The notes: generated by a model not told the origin, from the sequence alone. Numbered from the stretch's first letter, positions 1-9,260 are shown. The stretch is 61,422 nucleotides of DNA from Phycisphaerae bacterium (GCA_016929245.1 JAFGJE010000042.1:1-61422), one strand, 5' to 3'. Made by a program: numbers and translations.

Positions 1-84
1 AGTTGTCCCGGGTTTAACGAGGCCACCGGGAACCTCGGCACGCGACCAACGCCTCACCCGTCCGGTCGAATCCAATTCGCCCCC
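1..84 (-). ncRNA. ssrA: tmRNA, 5' portion (truncated by window edge)
   Basis: Reverse complement reads GGGGGCGAAUUGGAUUCGACCGGAC...GCGUGCCGAGGUUCCCGGUGGCCUCGUUAAACCCGGGA. This has the tmRNA 5' signature GGAUUCGAC and the pseudoknot-1 pairings CGAGG/CCUCG and UCCCGG/CCGGGA. Confidence 0.93.
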
Positions 85-110
85 GGAACAAACGTGCGTT
101 CTGTCTTTTT

Positions 111-204
111 TGTCATCCTGAGCGAAGCACAGCGAAGTCGAAGGATCCTACGGGTAGCTACGCGTGAGGTCCTTCGACTTCGCTGCGCTTCGCTCAGGAT
201 GACA
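111..204. repeat. Long palindromic REP-like element, family A, copy 1
   Basis: TGTCATCCTGAGCGAAGC...GCTTCGCTCAGGATGACA near-perfect inverted repeat; homologous copies at 21912, 45654, 53723 and 56691. Confidence 0.9.
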
Positions 205-210
205 GCCTAT

Positions 211-239
211 AGTATATCGGAAAATCCCCCATCCGACAA
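211..239 (-). promoter_or_regulatory. Putative sigma-70 promoter for ssrA
   Basis: Minus strand TTGTCG (239-234), 17-nt spacer, TATACT (216-211), pointing toward the tmRNA. Confidence 0.6.
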
Positions 240-361
240 CGGCTTGACGAAAGATTCGCCTCCCCGACGCCGATTCATGTTTCAGCCTTGTCGAATCAGT
301 TCTTGCTTGCGTTTTGACGCCTGGGTTTGCATTCTATTAGGTCCTACAGGAACGGAGCACC

Positions 362-1939
362 ATGAGCGACACCTACTACGTAACGACGCCGATTTACTAC
401 GTCAACGACGTGCCGCATATCGGACACTCGTACACGACCATCGCCGCGGACGTGCTGGCGCGGTTTTTCCGCGCTGCCGGGCGGGACGTGCACTTCCTGA
501 CCGGCACGGACGAGCACGGGATCAAGATCGTCAAAGCCGCTACGGAAAAAGGCACGACCCCCCAGGCGCTGGCGGACGATGTCGTGACGCATTTCCGGCG
601 GCTTTGGGTGGACCTGAACATCTCCAACGACGATTTCATCCGCACCACCGAACCGCGCCACGAAAACCGCGTCCAGACGCTGATCCGCGAACTGGTCGCC
701 CGCGATGAGATTTACCTCGCCACCTACGAAGGCTGGTACGACGAAACCCAGGAGGAATACGTCACCGAATCGACCGCCCGCGCCAACGATTACAAAAGCG
801 AGATCAGCGGAAAACCCCTCGTCCGCTATAGCGAGGAGAACTGGTTCTTCCGCCTGAAAAAATGGGTTCCCAAACTCATCGAACACATCGAGAAGGTGAA
901 CCCGAAATTCGTGCAGCCGGACGCGCGCCGCAACGAAGTCCTCAGCAAACTCCGCATGGGAATGGAGAGCGGTGAACTGGCGGACCTGTGCATCTCCCGC
1001 AACAAGGAAAAGCTCCCCTGGGGCGTGGAAATGCCCAACGACCCCAACCACGTGGTCTACGTCTGGATCGACGCGCTGAGCAATTACTATTCCGCCCTGG
1101 GCCTGCCGGCGATCGGCGACGAATTCGACAACCGCGACGCGAAATACTGGCCGGCCGACGTGCACCTGATCGGAAAGGACATTCTCTGGTTCCACGCGGT
1201 GTACTGGCCTTGCTTCCTGATGGCGCTGGACATCCCCATGCCGAAGTGCGTTTTCGCGCACGGCTGGTGGACCAGCGAAGGGCAAAAGATGTCCAAAAGC
1301 CTCGGTAACTTCGTCAGCCGGGAGAAAATCGCCGAATATTGCGAAGAATATTCGCGCGACGTCTATCGCTATTACCTGCTGCGCGCGGTGACGTTCGGCT
1401 CGGACGGCGACTTCGCCCACGACATGGTGCAGCAGGTGTACAATTCCGACCTCGCCAACGGTGTGGGCAACCTGCTGAGTCGCACCTTGAAAATGATTTC
1501 AAAGTATTTTGACGGTGAAATACCCGCGCCGGAGGAGGACGTGGAAGACGTCCGCTGGGTGAAGACAGCCGCCGAGGCGCTGCACGACAACGCCGTCGGA
1601 TGGATGGACGCCTTCGCGTTCAGTAAGTATCTCGAAGCGATCAACGCGCTGATCGGCGCGACGAATAAGTTTATTGACGACACCGAGCCGTTCAAACTCG
1701 CCAAGGACGAAGCCCAGCGCAGCCGGCTGGCGACGGTGTTGTACACCTGCGCCGAAGCCGTGCGGATCGTGCTGCTGTACCTCGCGCCGGTCATGCCGGA
1801 CAAGACGACTGCCGGTCTGGAACGGCTGGGTTTGACGACAACGGATGAGAATCTTACCGACGCGGGACGTTGGGGCGGTTTACAGCCCGGCGGAAAAGTA
1901 ACCCCCGGCGATCCCCTGTTCCCGCGCGCCCAGAATTAG
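362..1939 (+). CDS. metG: Methionine--tRNA ligase (short form, no C-terminal tRNA-binding domain)
   Basis: YYVTTPIYYVN..PHIGH (HIGH motif), GTDEHG, YVWIDAL, IGKDIL.FH and KMSKS. Confidence 0.97.
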   Translation: MSDTYYVTTPIYYVNDVPHIGHSYTTIAADVLARFFRAAGRDVHFLTGTDEHGIKIVKAATEKGTTPQALADDVVTHFRRLWVDLNISNDDFIRTTEPRHENRVQTLIRELVARDEIYLATYEGWYDETQEEYVTESTARANDYKSEISGKPLVRYSEENWFFRLKKWVPKLIEHIEKVNPKFVQPDARRNEVLSKLRMGMESGELADLCISRNKEKLPWGVEMPNDPNHVVYVWIDALSNYYSALGLPAIGDEFDNRDAKYWPADVHLIGKDILWFHAVYWPCFLMALDIPMPKCVFAHGWWTSEGQKMSKSLGNFVSREKIAEYCEEYSRDVYRYYLLRAVTFGSDGDFAHDMVQQVYNSDLANGVGNLLSRTLKMISKYFDGEIPAPEEDVEDVRWVKTAAEALHDNAVGWMDAFAFSKYLEAINALIGATNKFIDDTEPFKLAKDEAQRSRLATVLYTCAEAVRIVLLYLAPVMPDKTTAGLERLGLTTTDENLTDAGRWGGLQPGGKVTPGDPLFPRAQN

Positions 1940-2097
1940 TCCACGAATTTCACGAATTTCACGAAAAGATTTTTTGACCACAGAGACACAGAGAACTCAG
2001 AGAAAGAGTAATATTTTAACTCTGTGCCCTCTGTGCCTCTGTGGTAAATATTTTTGTTATGTTTATTTCTATTCGTGATATTCGTGCAATTCGTGGA
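1940..2097. repeat. Nested inverted repeats built from 8-9-mer tandem units (families B and C)
   Basis: Outer arms (CACGAATTT)x3 at 1940-1965 and (TTCGTG..A)x3 at 2072-2097; inner arms (CACAGAG)x3 at 1977-2002 and (CTCTGTG)x3 at 2020-2045. Confidence 0.85.
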
Positions 2098-2110
2098 TAA
2101 GAGACGTTGT

Positions 2111-2512
2111 ATGGACAAGAGCGAAGAACAACCCGCAAAGACGATTGAAGAAGTGATCGTCGAGGATGGGCGGTATCGTGTGGAAGGATTCGGTTTTCTA
2201 CACGAAGGCCTGTCCCGTGCCGTCAAGGACGTGTATGAAGAGCCCGAAGGGCCCGGCCATCACGTCACCGGACAGCAGCTTTGCCAATCCCTGCGCGACC
2301 TGGCGCTGGAACGCTACGGCCTGATGGCCCCGGCGGTGCTGCGGTCGTGGGGCGTGCGCGAGAGCATCGACTTCGGGAACATGGTCTACCTGCTGATCGA
2401 ACACGGCATGATGCGAAAGACGGAGGAGGATTCCGTCGAGGATTTCCGTGACGTGTTCAACCTGGAGCGGGATTTCGACGCCTCCGATTCGATTCGGTTG
2501 AAAAAAGAATGA
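2111..2512 (+). CDS. Minf_1886-like conserved protein
   Basis: DGRY..EGFGFLHEGL...HHVTGQQLC...A.ERYGLMA..VL..WG.....DFG.MVY.LI pattern recalled from this PVC-superphylum family; ATG at 2111 chosen because the upstream extension runs through the repeat. Confidence 0.75.
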   Translation: MDKSEEQPAKTIEEVIVEDGRYRVEGFGFLHEGLSRAVKDVYEEPEGPGHHVTGQQLCQSLRDLALERYGLMAPAVLRSWGVRESIDFGNMVYLLIEHGMMRKTEEDSVEDFRDVFNLERDFDASDSIRLKKE

Positions 2513-2709
2513 AAAAGAACCCCCCAAAACCCGCCGCCGCGAAATCGGCCGACAAAAAAACGCCCCCGCCGCCGCAACCCGTCAACGTCGTGGACGGCGT
2601 GCCCGACGCCGCGGAGAATCCCTCCCGTTGGCGCCTGCCGCTGATACTGGCGATTTTCGCCGGGTGGGCGGCGTTCCTGATCTACTGCCTCCTGGCGGCG
2701 CGAGCCTGA
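2509..2709 (+). CDS. Small single-pass membrane protein
   Basis: ATGA overlap with the previous stop; Pro/Lys-rich N-terminus and hydrophobic C-terminal helix. Confidence 0.65.
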   Translation: MKKNPPKPAAAKSADKKTPPPPQPVNVVDGVPDAAENPSRWRLPLILAIFAGWAAFLIYCLLAARA

Positions 2710-2715
2710 CGCATC

Positions 2716-3681
2716 ATGTTGCATCGAAGCCCGTTCATTCCGATGGCGTTTCTTCTGTTCGGCGCGCTCGTCGCCGGCTGCCAGCAGCAGGAAGCCAAGA
2801 CCGCGCAGTATACGGTTTCCTCCGACGACGAAGTGATCCGGGCCGCCGTGATGGCCGAGTCGCTGGGGTTGCGCCTCGACCGCACCGGCGGGGGAATGTC
2901 ACGGCTGAGCAATTCCTCGAACACCGTCCTGCTGTTCCCCGCGGCTGGGGGGGCGTACGTCAACGGAACCAAAGTCGGCAACCCCGAAGAGGTGATGGTC
3001 TTCACGGGTGAAACCTACGTCACCCGACGCCTGGCGAAGCAGATTCGCGACGAGTTGCGCCCCGCCAAACCGCCGACATCTCCGCCGACGGTCTCTCGTC
3101 AAAACGATTCTCCCCCGCCCCCGGAGGCGAAACTGGGCGTGGTGCTCCTGGACGCCGGGCACGGCGGGGACGACCCCGGCGCGATTGCCCGGACGGGCCG
3201 GCGGGAAAAGGATCTCGTGCTGGCCGTCACGCTGGAATCGGCCCGGCGACTTGCCTCCCGGGGCGTGGACGTGAAATTCACGCGATCTTCGGACGTGTTC
3301 GTCCCGCTGGACGACCGCGTCGCGAAGGCCAATCAACTCCAGCCGGACCTGTTCCTGAGCATCCACGCCGACGCCAGCCCGAACCGCTCCGCGCGCGGTT
3401 CGACGGTATTCGTCCCGCGACGCGAACGGCGAACGTCCCGCTCCCACCAGGCCGGGCGGGCCATCGTCCAGGCGCTGTCGAGTCTGCAAACCCACAGCCG
3501 GGGGTTGCGCACGCATGAAAAAAATCTTCGCGTACTGGAGAACACCACCTGCCCAGCCGTCCTGGTGGAACTGGGATTCCTGACCCATCCCGCCGAAGAA
3601 CAACTCCTCGCCTCCCCCGACTACCAACAACGCCTCGCCGAAGCCATCAGCCAAGCCGTCCTGCAATATCTGCAGAAATAA
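2716..3681 (+). CDS. N-acetylmuramoyl-L-alanine amidase (Amidase_3), lipoprotein
   Basis: Lipobox LVAGC; LLDAGHGG.DPGA, EKD, LFLSIHAD and PAVLVELGFLT motifs. Confidence 0.92.
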   Translation: MLHRSPFIPMAFLLFGALVAGCQQQEAKTAQYTVSSDDEVIRAAVMAESLGLRLDRTGGGMSRLSNSSNTVLLFPAAGGAYVNGTKVGNPEEVMVFTGETYVTRRLAKQIRDELRPAKPPTSPPTVSRQNDSPPPPEAKLGVVLLDAGHGGDDPGAIARTGRREKDLVLAVTLESARRLASRGVDVKFTRSSDVFVPLDDRVAKANQLQPDLFLSIHADASPNRSARGSTVFVPRRERRTSRSHQAGRAIVQALSSLQTHSRGLRTHEKNLRVLENTTCPAVLVELGFLTHPAEEQLLASPDYQQRLAEAISQAVLQYLQK

Positions 3682-3772
3682 CGCTGCATAGGATCGTGGT
3701 TGAAACTTTTCCGGATTTGGGGATAATCTTGGTGGAGATGTTGTTGTTCCATCTCCCCAAAGGAGAATTCGC

Positions 3773-4834
3773 ATGAAAACGTATTGGATGATCCTGGCTG
3801 TGACGGCCTGTTGCATAGGATCGATCGCCGGCTGCAATAAAAAATCCCCCCAGCCGCATGAACCTTCGGATTCGGACGGCCTGCCGGTGATCCACGATAT
3901 CCTGGCGGTGGACGTGGAGGAAAAAATCGCTCCCCCGCCGAGCGACGTTAAACCGGCGCCGCCGCTATCGACCGCCGAACCCGCGAAGAAGGATGCTCCC
4001 CCCGCGGCGCCCCAGCCGGCGGCCAATCCCGCGCCGCGGCCCGAACCGAAAACCGTCGCCACCGCCAAACCCAATCCGCTCAAGGCGGCTTTCAACAAAA
4101 AGGACGTGCTCGCCGTCGCCGAAGACACCCCGCGTCGTCCGGCGCCGAAAACCGGCCCAACCACCCCCAAACCCGCCGACAAACCGAAGGACACTTCGCC
4201 CTCGAAAGAAACGGCCGCCAAAACTCAAAAAACCGCCGGCGCTTCCGACGACAAAAACGCCGATCCCGAACTTAAAGCGGCTCAGGAGGTTGTGGTGGCG
4301 TTGTATCAGGCCGTGGAAACCGCCAATCCCAAGGCATACGAGGCGAATCTCACTTTCAGCAACGCCGACAAGCCGATGGTCGGTATTATGTGGTCGCTGG
4401 TGAAGGAGATGAATGGTTTCGAAAAAGACATGAAAAAAACCTACGGACAGGCCGGTGTCGATGCGGTGAAAAAAAGTCAACTCGCCAGAATGGGAATGGC
4501 GCCGCCGTCCCTGGACGATATTAAAAGCAAGATGGCTGTCAAGATTACCGGAAATAAAGCCAAAGCCACCCTCCCCGGACAATCCCAACCGATACCGCTG
4601 GTGAAAGTGAACGGGAAGTGGAAAGTGCAGCTGGCTATGCCGGACCTGATGCGAACTCCACAGGGGCAAATGGTCGCCAAATCCATTGTGAACGGTGTGA
4701 AAAACGCGCGAAAAAATATCGGCAAACCCGGATACACCCCCCAAAAAATCATGGCAATGGTCAATTCCTCCCTGATGCCCGGACCGGGCGCGATTCCCGC
4801 CAATATGAAATTGCCCAAAGGCGGCAAGCGATAA
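3773..4834 (+). CDS. Lipoprotein with long Pro/Ala/Lys linker and C-terminal globular domain
   Basis: AGGAG RBS; lipobox IAGC; low-complexity linker; C-terminal ..LVKVNGKWKV strand pattern. Confidence 0.75.
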   Translation: MKTYWMILAVTACCIGSIAGCNKKSPQPHEPSDSDGLPVIHDILAVDVEEKIAPPPSDVKPAPPLSTAEPAKKDAPPAAPQPAANPAPRPEPKTVATAKPNPLKAAFNKKDVLAVAEDTPRRPAPKTGPTTPKPADKPKDTSPSKETAAKTQKTAGASDDKNADPELKAAQEVVVALYQAVETANPKAYEANLTFSNADKPMVGIMWSLVKEMNGFEKDMKKTYGQAGVDAVKKSQLARMGMAPPSLDDIKSKMAVKITGNKAKATLPGQSQPIPLVKVNGKWKVQLAMPDLMRTPQGQMVAKSIVNGVKNARKNIGKPGYTPQKIMAMVNSSLMPGPGAIPANMKLPKGGKR

Positions 4835-4852
4835 CGTTATAAAGACATTCCG

Positions 4853-6226
4853 ATGCTGAATCCCGACATTAAAGCGTACCTGAAAGACCACCGCGAAGAG
4901 CACCTTTCCACGTTGTGCGAAATGCTGCGATTCGCTTCGATTTCAGCGGTGAACGATCCCGACGGATGCCGGCCTTGCGCGGAATGGATCGCCGAACATC
5001 TCCGCCGCCTGGGTCTGACAGCCGAGGTGCTGCCCACCGACGGGCAGCCTTGCGTCTTCGGCGAGTTGCACGTCTCCGACGACGCGCCGACGCTGCTGAT
5101 CTACTGTCATTACGACGTGCAGCCGCCCGATCCGCTGGACGAATGGATCACCCCGCCGTTCGACCCGCGGGTGCGAGACGGCTGGTTGTACGCCCGCGGC
5201 GCCAGCGACGACAAGGGGCAGCTCATGATGCACCTGGCGGCCATCGACGCCTACCGGAAAACCGGCGGCGGCGTGCCGATCAATCTCAAGCTGCTCGTTG
5301 AGGGCGAGGAGGAAGTCGGTTCGCCGAACATCGAGCCGTTCCTCGTGAAACACAAGGATCGCCTGCAGGCCGACGCGCTGGTCATCAGCGACGTGGGTTT
5401 TTTCGCGGACGGCTGTCCGTCGATCATGTACGCCCTGCGAGGCTTATGCGCGTTCGACGTGACGTACCACGGCCCGAATCGCGACGTGCACAGCGGCCTG
5501 GAGGGTGGCGTGATTACCAACCCCTTAAACGCCCTGGCGCGACTGACGGCGGCGTTTCACAACGACGACGGCTCGGTGGCGATTCCCGGTTTTTACGACG
5601 ACGTGATCCCCGTCAGCGAAGCGGAACGCGAAAGCTGGAACTCCCTCCCGCACGACGACGAAGCCCGCGCGAAATCCCTCGGCCTGGAGCACCTCGCCGG
5701 GGGCGAGCGGGGATACCACACGCTCGAGCGCAACTGGGTGCGCCCGACGCTGGAATGCAACGGCCTGTCGGGCGGATACGCGGGACCGGGCGCTAAAACC
5801 GTCATCCCCGCCAAGGCGACGGGAAAATTCTCGCTACGCCTGGTCGCCAACCAGGATCCCGACAAAATCCAGGCCGCCATCGATACATTCATTCACGAAC
5901 GAACCCCCAAGGGTATCCGCGCGGAAATCACGGTCCACGCCTCCAACCGCCCGGTCCGCCTGCCGACCGACACCCCCGCGATGCGGGCGGGCAAGGCAGC
6001 GATGGCAGAAGCCTTCGGCGCGGAACCGAAACTCATCTGCTGCGGCGCGTCGATCCCGATCACGGAAATCCTCCAGCGCTTGTTAGGCCTGGACGCCGTG
6101 ATGCTCGGAATCACCCTGCCCGAAGACAACCTCCACTCCCCCAACGAACGATTAAAACTCACCCAGCTTTACCAGGGAGCGGAAATGGCAGCCAGTTTCT
6201 ACGACAATCTTCGAGTGTTGAAGTAG
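4853..6226 (+). CDS. M20 family dipeptidase
   Basis: HYDVQP, ARGASDDKGQ, EGEEEVGS and HSPNE motifs. Confidence 0.93.
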   Translation: MLNPDIKAYLKDHREEHLSTLCEMLRFASISAVNDPDGCRPCAEWIAEHLRRLGLTAEVLPTDGQPCVFGELHVSDDAPTLLIYCHYDVQPPDPLDEWITPPFDPRVRDGWLYARGASDDKGQLMMHLAAIDAYRKTGGGVPINLKLLVEGEEEVGSPNIEPFLVKHKDRLQADALVISDVGFFADGCPSIMYALRGLCAFDVTYHGPNRDVHSGLEGGVITNPLNALARLTAAFHNDDGSVAIPGFYDDVIPVSEAERESWNSLPHDDEARAKSLGLEHLAGGERGYHTLERNWVRPTLECNGLSGGYAGPGAKTVIPAKATGKFSLRLVANQDPDKIQAAIDTFIHERTPKGIRAEITVHASNRPVRLPTDTPAMRAGKAAMAEAFGAEPKLICCGASIPITEILQRLLGLDAVMLGITLPEDNLHSPNERLKLTQLYQGAEMAASFYDNLRVLK

Positions 6227-6302
6227 ACAGTAGTCGGTAGTCAGGAGGAAGAAAAAACTAGTTGTTTTTCCTCCTGACTACCGACTACTGACTACTGACT
6301 AC
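6223..6302. repeat. Inverted repeat of 7-mer tandem units (family D); likely bidirectional terminator
   Basis: GTAGACA GTAGTCG GTAGTCA GGAGGA paired with TCCTCC TGACTAC CGACTAC TGACTAC TGACTAC, between two convergent genes. Confidence 0.8.
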
Positions 6303-6364
6303 AACCGTCCCACTTCCCCCCTCCCTGCCCTCACCCCCGGTTTGTTACTTGGCAGCAAGTCAAA

Positions 6365-7282
6365 TCACGTCCAAAGAACATGGTTATGCCAATCCTGCGT
6401 TAACCCCATTTGCTGAAAAGCATTGGTTGTCGATGGAGGATTTGCAAAAAGTGCCTGAACTCGTGTGCGCCATTCCGCCGCGTATGATGTGATGGTTGGG
6501 CAACGAACCATCAGGTAATTCAAAATCAACAGCGTGACATAAAGCCGATGATTTCCGGGCAGATGAGGCGGTTTCCAGACTTTCGCGGCGGGAAGTTGTG
6601 GTTTTATAGACCAGATGCGATCCCAAAGCCGTGAGTGATGCGCACATAAATTACGCACATACGTTAAATGATGCAGCCAGGATACCCAATCACAAGGTTG
6701 TAATCCATATTTACGCGCGATTGCTTTTTGATCCCCCTTCAGCATCCCCGCTCCCATGAAGGACAACGCGCCAAACGACATGATCTCCATAATCACCCAT
6801 ACGGGCAAATCGGGAAACTCCCTGTAGGTGATTTTAAAATGAGAAACGAATATCTCACTGGAACGTTTTGCTTCCGTATGTAGTTTTTCCAACCAATGTT
6901 TATGATCGAATTTGTGAAAGAAGTTGTTTCGATTCGTGTGGGCAAAAGCGCCGTATCGTTCCCCGAAGTGATAGGCAATAGCGGCCCGGAAATCCAATTC
7001 CACGATTTCCAGCGCCTCGGTGAGAAGGTCTCGTAAGGAACGATCAAACAGATACGCATCCTGTATCTGCTGAAACGAAACACCCGCGGAAAATTGGTGG
7101 CGGGACGATTCAAACGCCAAACAATATCCGCTGAATCGGTAATAATTGACATGTTGCAGAAATTCAACGGCTTTTTGAACGTCGTCAATGATTACGCCGC
7201 GCGATTGAAGAAGGGAAACCTGATCCTGATACGATAGCCAAGGTTTCCGGTAGGAAGGCCTTTGGGATGTTCTTTTACCCAT
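6365..7282 (-). CDS. Abi family (AbiD/AbiF-like) HEPN ribonuclease toxin / phage defence protein
   Basis: K..LSYQDQ..LL.SRG, NYYRFSGY, Y.FDR.LR, P.WV..E.MSFG and the HEPN RxxxxH motif RNLCAH; visibly AT-richer than its neighbours. Confidence 0.92.
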   Translation of the reverse strand: MGKRTSQRPSYRKPWLSYQDQVSLLQSRGVIIDDVQKAVEFLQHVNYYRFSGYCLAFESSRHQFSAGVSFQQIQDAYLFDRSLRDLLTEALEIVELDFRAAIAYHFGERYGAFAHTNRNNFFHKFDHKHWLEKLHTEAKRSSEIFVSHFKITYREFPDLPVWVIMEIMSFGALSFMGAGMLKGDQKAIARKYGLQPCDWVSWLHHLTYVRNLCAHHSRLWDRIWSIKPQLPAAKVWKPPHLPGNHRLYVTLLILNYLMVRCPTITSYAAEWRTRVQALFANPPSTTNAFQQMGLTQDWHNHVLWT

Positions 7283-7304
7283 ATATCACCCCATGGAATC
7301 GCGC

Positions 7305-7364
7305 AAAAAAAAACCTGCCCTTGATGCGCGTCACCCTAACGGGAGAGAGGCGCGGCAGGTATGT
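7305..7364 (-). ncRNA. Candidate abiF-motif RNA (antitoxin / leader with intrinsic terminator)
   Basis: Minus strand ACCUGCC-GCGC-CUCUCU-CCCGUUAGGG-UGAC-GCGC-AUCAAG-GGCAGGU plus U-tract, lying between a TATAAT (7376-7371) and the Abi start codon. Confidence 0.7.
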
Positions 7365-7536
7365 TAATTAATTATATACATTAATGAAAGGGCAAAAACA
7401 ACAGAAAAATTTAAATAAACATCCTTATCTCCCTCCTCTATCCTCCCTCCTTTGGAGAGGAGTTTGTTGCTTGACAGTCTCCCGCCGGACGCCTAGCTTA
7501 TTGGGGTCGTCTTTGACGGCCTTTGGGAGGTTGGTT

Positions 7537-8055
7537 ATGGCGAAATTGTTGAGCGATTCTACGTATGCCGTGCGCGGCCGGCTTGTGGCGGTTGACAATT
7601 CCGGACTTGTCGGGCCCATGTTCACGCTTCGCCTGCCGCCCAACACCGCCGACCTGAACCGCCCGGGCAGCTACATGGACTTAACGCTCCTGGACGTCGG
7701 CAGAAAAACGCTCCAGAAGCGCATCGGCCTGGACGATGAACTGGAGGTCATCCTCCTGGCTGCCACCAGCAAAATCGACGCCGGGACGCGCAACGAGCAG
7801 ACGTTCCAGACCTTCCCCCGCAATCAGTGTCAGCGCGTCAGCCACGCGCGGCGGTCCTTCGAGGGCCTGACGCCCATCAACGGAAAGGTCCTCGCCAACG
7901 ACGAGCGCAACACCCTCGTCGTGGACGCCGGGTGTCCCGTCGGCGTGACGCTGCTGGACCACAAACCCACGCAGACGAAGCTCGTGAAGATCAATTCCTG
8001 GGTCGCCTTCTGGCCGGTCCCGCCGACGCACGGTATTATCCTGGGGAAGGTGTAA
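7537..8055 (+). CDS. Hypothetical protein (beta-rich)
   Basis: GGGAGG RBS before ATG 7537; host-like codon usage. Confidence 0.7.
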   Translation: MAKLLSDSTYAVRGRLVAVDNSGLVGPMFTLRLPPNTADLNRPGSYMDLTLLDVGRKTLQKRIGLDDELEVILLAATSKIDAGTRNEQTFQTFPRNQCQRVSHARRSFEGLTPINGKVLANDERNTLVVDAGCPVGVTLLDHKPTQTKLVKINSWVAFWPVPPTHGIILGKV

Positions 8056-8063
8056 ACTCCCGA

Positions 8064-9026
8064 ATGGCTGTCCAACTCAAATTCGCCGTCACCGTCGGCG
8101 TGATTATCCTCTCCACGCTGGCGGGGTATCTCTTTCGCCGTCGGGGCTTGCTCGCGGAAACCGCGGCCCGGCCGATCATGACCGTCGTGACGCTGGCGGG
8201 GTATCCGGTGGTGGGGTTCCTGGCGATCTGGGAGATTCATCTCCACCCCGCCGACGCCTGGCTGCCTGTGCTGGGATTCATCCAGGCGGGGATACTGGCG
8301 GTCGTCGCGCTGATGTTGGCGCGGGCGGTGAAACTCGCTCCTCTCGACCGCGGCTTGTTCAGTCTTTCCTGCACGGGCGGGAATCACGGGATCACGATGG
8401 CGGGGTTCGTCATCTTCCTGCTGTACGGCGAGGAAGGGCTGGGGCATTCGACGGTTCTGGCGATGTACACCTTCCTCGGCCTGGTGCTGGTGATGTATCC
8501 CATCGGCAAACACTACACCCCGGACGCGGTGAAGCGCCCTCTGCTGCGACTGCTCACGTCGAGCCTGTTCGATTACCGCTCCATCGGCCTGTTCACCTGC
8601 GGCGCGGCGCTGGTGCTGAACCTGTGGGGCGTGAAGCGCCCGGTGATCGTCTCCGACTGGAACCTGGTGGAAATCTGGGTATACGCGCTGATCGTGGCGG
8701 CTTACGTGTCGATCGGCCTGCGGCTGCATATGGGGGACGTGTGGCGACTGGGGCGAATGATCGTCAGCGTGCTGGCGGTGCGACACCTTCTGGCGCCGCT
8801 GCTCGGTGTGAGTTTATTGTTGCTGACGCGGCTGACCCCCTGGCCGATGCGGGATCAGATCGCCAACATCTTTCTGATCCAGTCATCCGTATCCGTGGCG
8901 GTGATGTGCCCGATCGTGGCGAACATGTTTCACATACGGCCTCGCGAAGCGTCGGTGATTTTCGTCGTCAGTTCCGCGTTTTACCTGGCGGTCCTCCTGC
9001 CGTTGGTGTGCTGGATTTTCGGATAA
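8064..9026 (+). CDS. AEC-family-like membrane transporter
   Basis: About 10 hydrophobic helices, GNHG..MAG loop and YVSIGLRL motif; start moved to ATG 8064. Confidence 0.75.
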   Translation: MAVQLKFAVTVGVIILSTLAGYLFRRRGLLAETAARPIMTVVTLAGYPVVGFLAIWEIHLHPADAWLPVLGFIQAGILAVVALMLARAVKLAPLDRGLFSLSCTGGNHGITMAGFVIFLLYGEEGLGHSTVLAMYTFLGLVLVMYPIGKHYTPDAVKRPLLRLLTSSLFDYRSIGLFTCGAALVLNLWGVKRPVIVSDWNLVEIWVYALIVAAYVSIGLRLHMGDVWRLGRMIVSVLAVRHLLAPLLGVSLLLLTRLTPWPMRDQIANIFLIQSSVSVAVMCPIVANMFHIRPREASVIFVVSSAFYLAVLLPLVCWIFG

Positions 9027-9227
9027 AACCAATTCAACTCAATAATGGCCGATACGATTTCTTGTCATTTCTTTGTTAGTAGCCACGGGCGCAAGCCCCC
9101 ACCTTTGCCCACATTTTCTAAAAAGAAATTCACGGTTTTTGCTGATATGGAAGAAACCATCGTATTTGTTTCTATCGCCTGAAAGGCGATGATATACCAG
9201 CCCGTTGGGCTCAAGAAAGGACGAAAT

Positions 9228-9260
9228 CCCCTCCCTACCCTCCCCCGGTGGGGGAGGGAT
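9228..9260. repeat. Short C/G-rich palindrome overlapping the fur stop codon
   Basis: CCCCTCCCTACCCTCCCC-CGGT-GGGGAGGGA hairpin. Confidence 0.5.

Noticed and set aside
1-360. Prophage or integrative element at tmRNA
   Set aside because: Integration normally occurs at the ssrA 3' end, which is outside the window, and no integrase is visible.
94-708. ORF beginning VILSEAQRSRRI...LRMT
   Set aside because: This is a translation of the family A palindrome; the same peptide appears at other copies, and the ORF overlaps metG out of frame.
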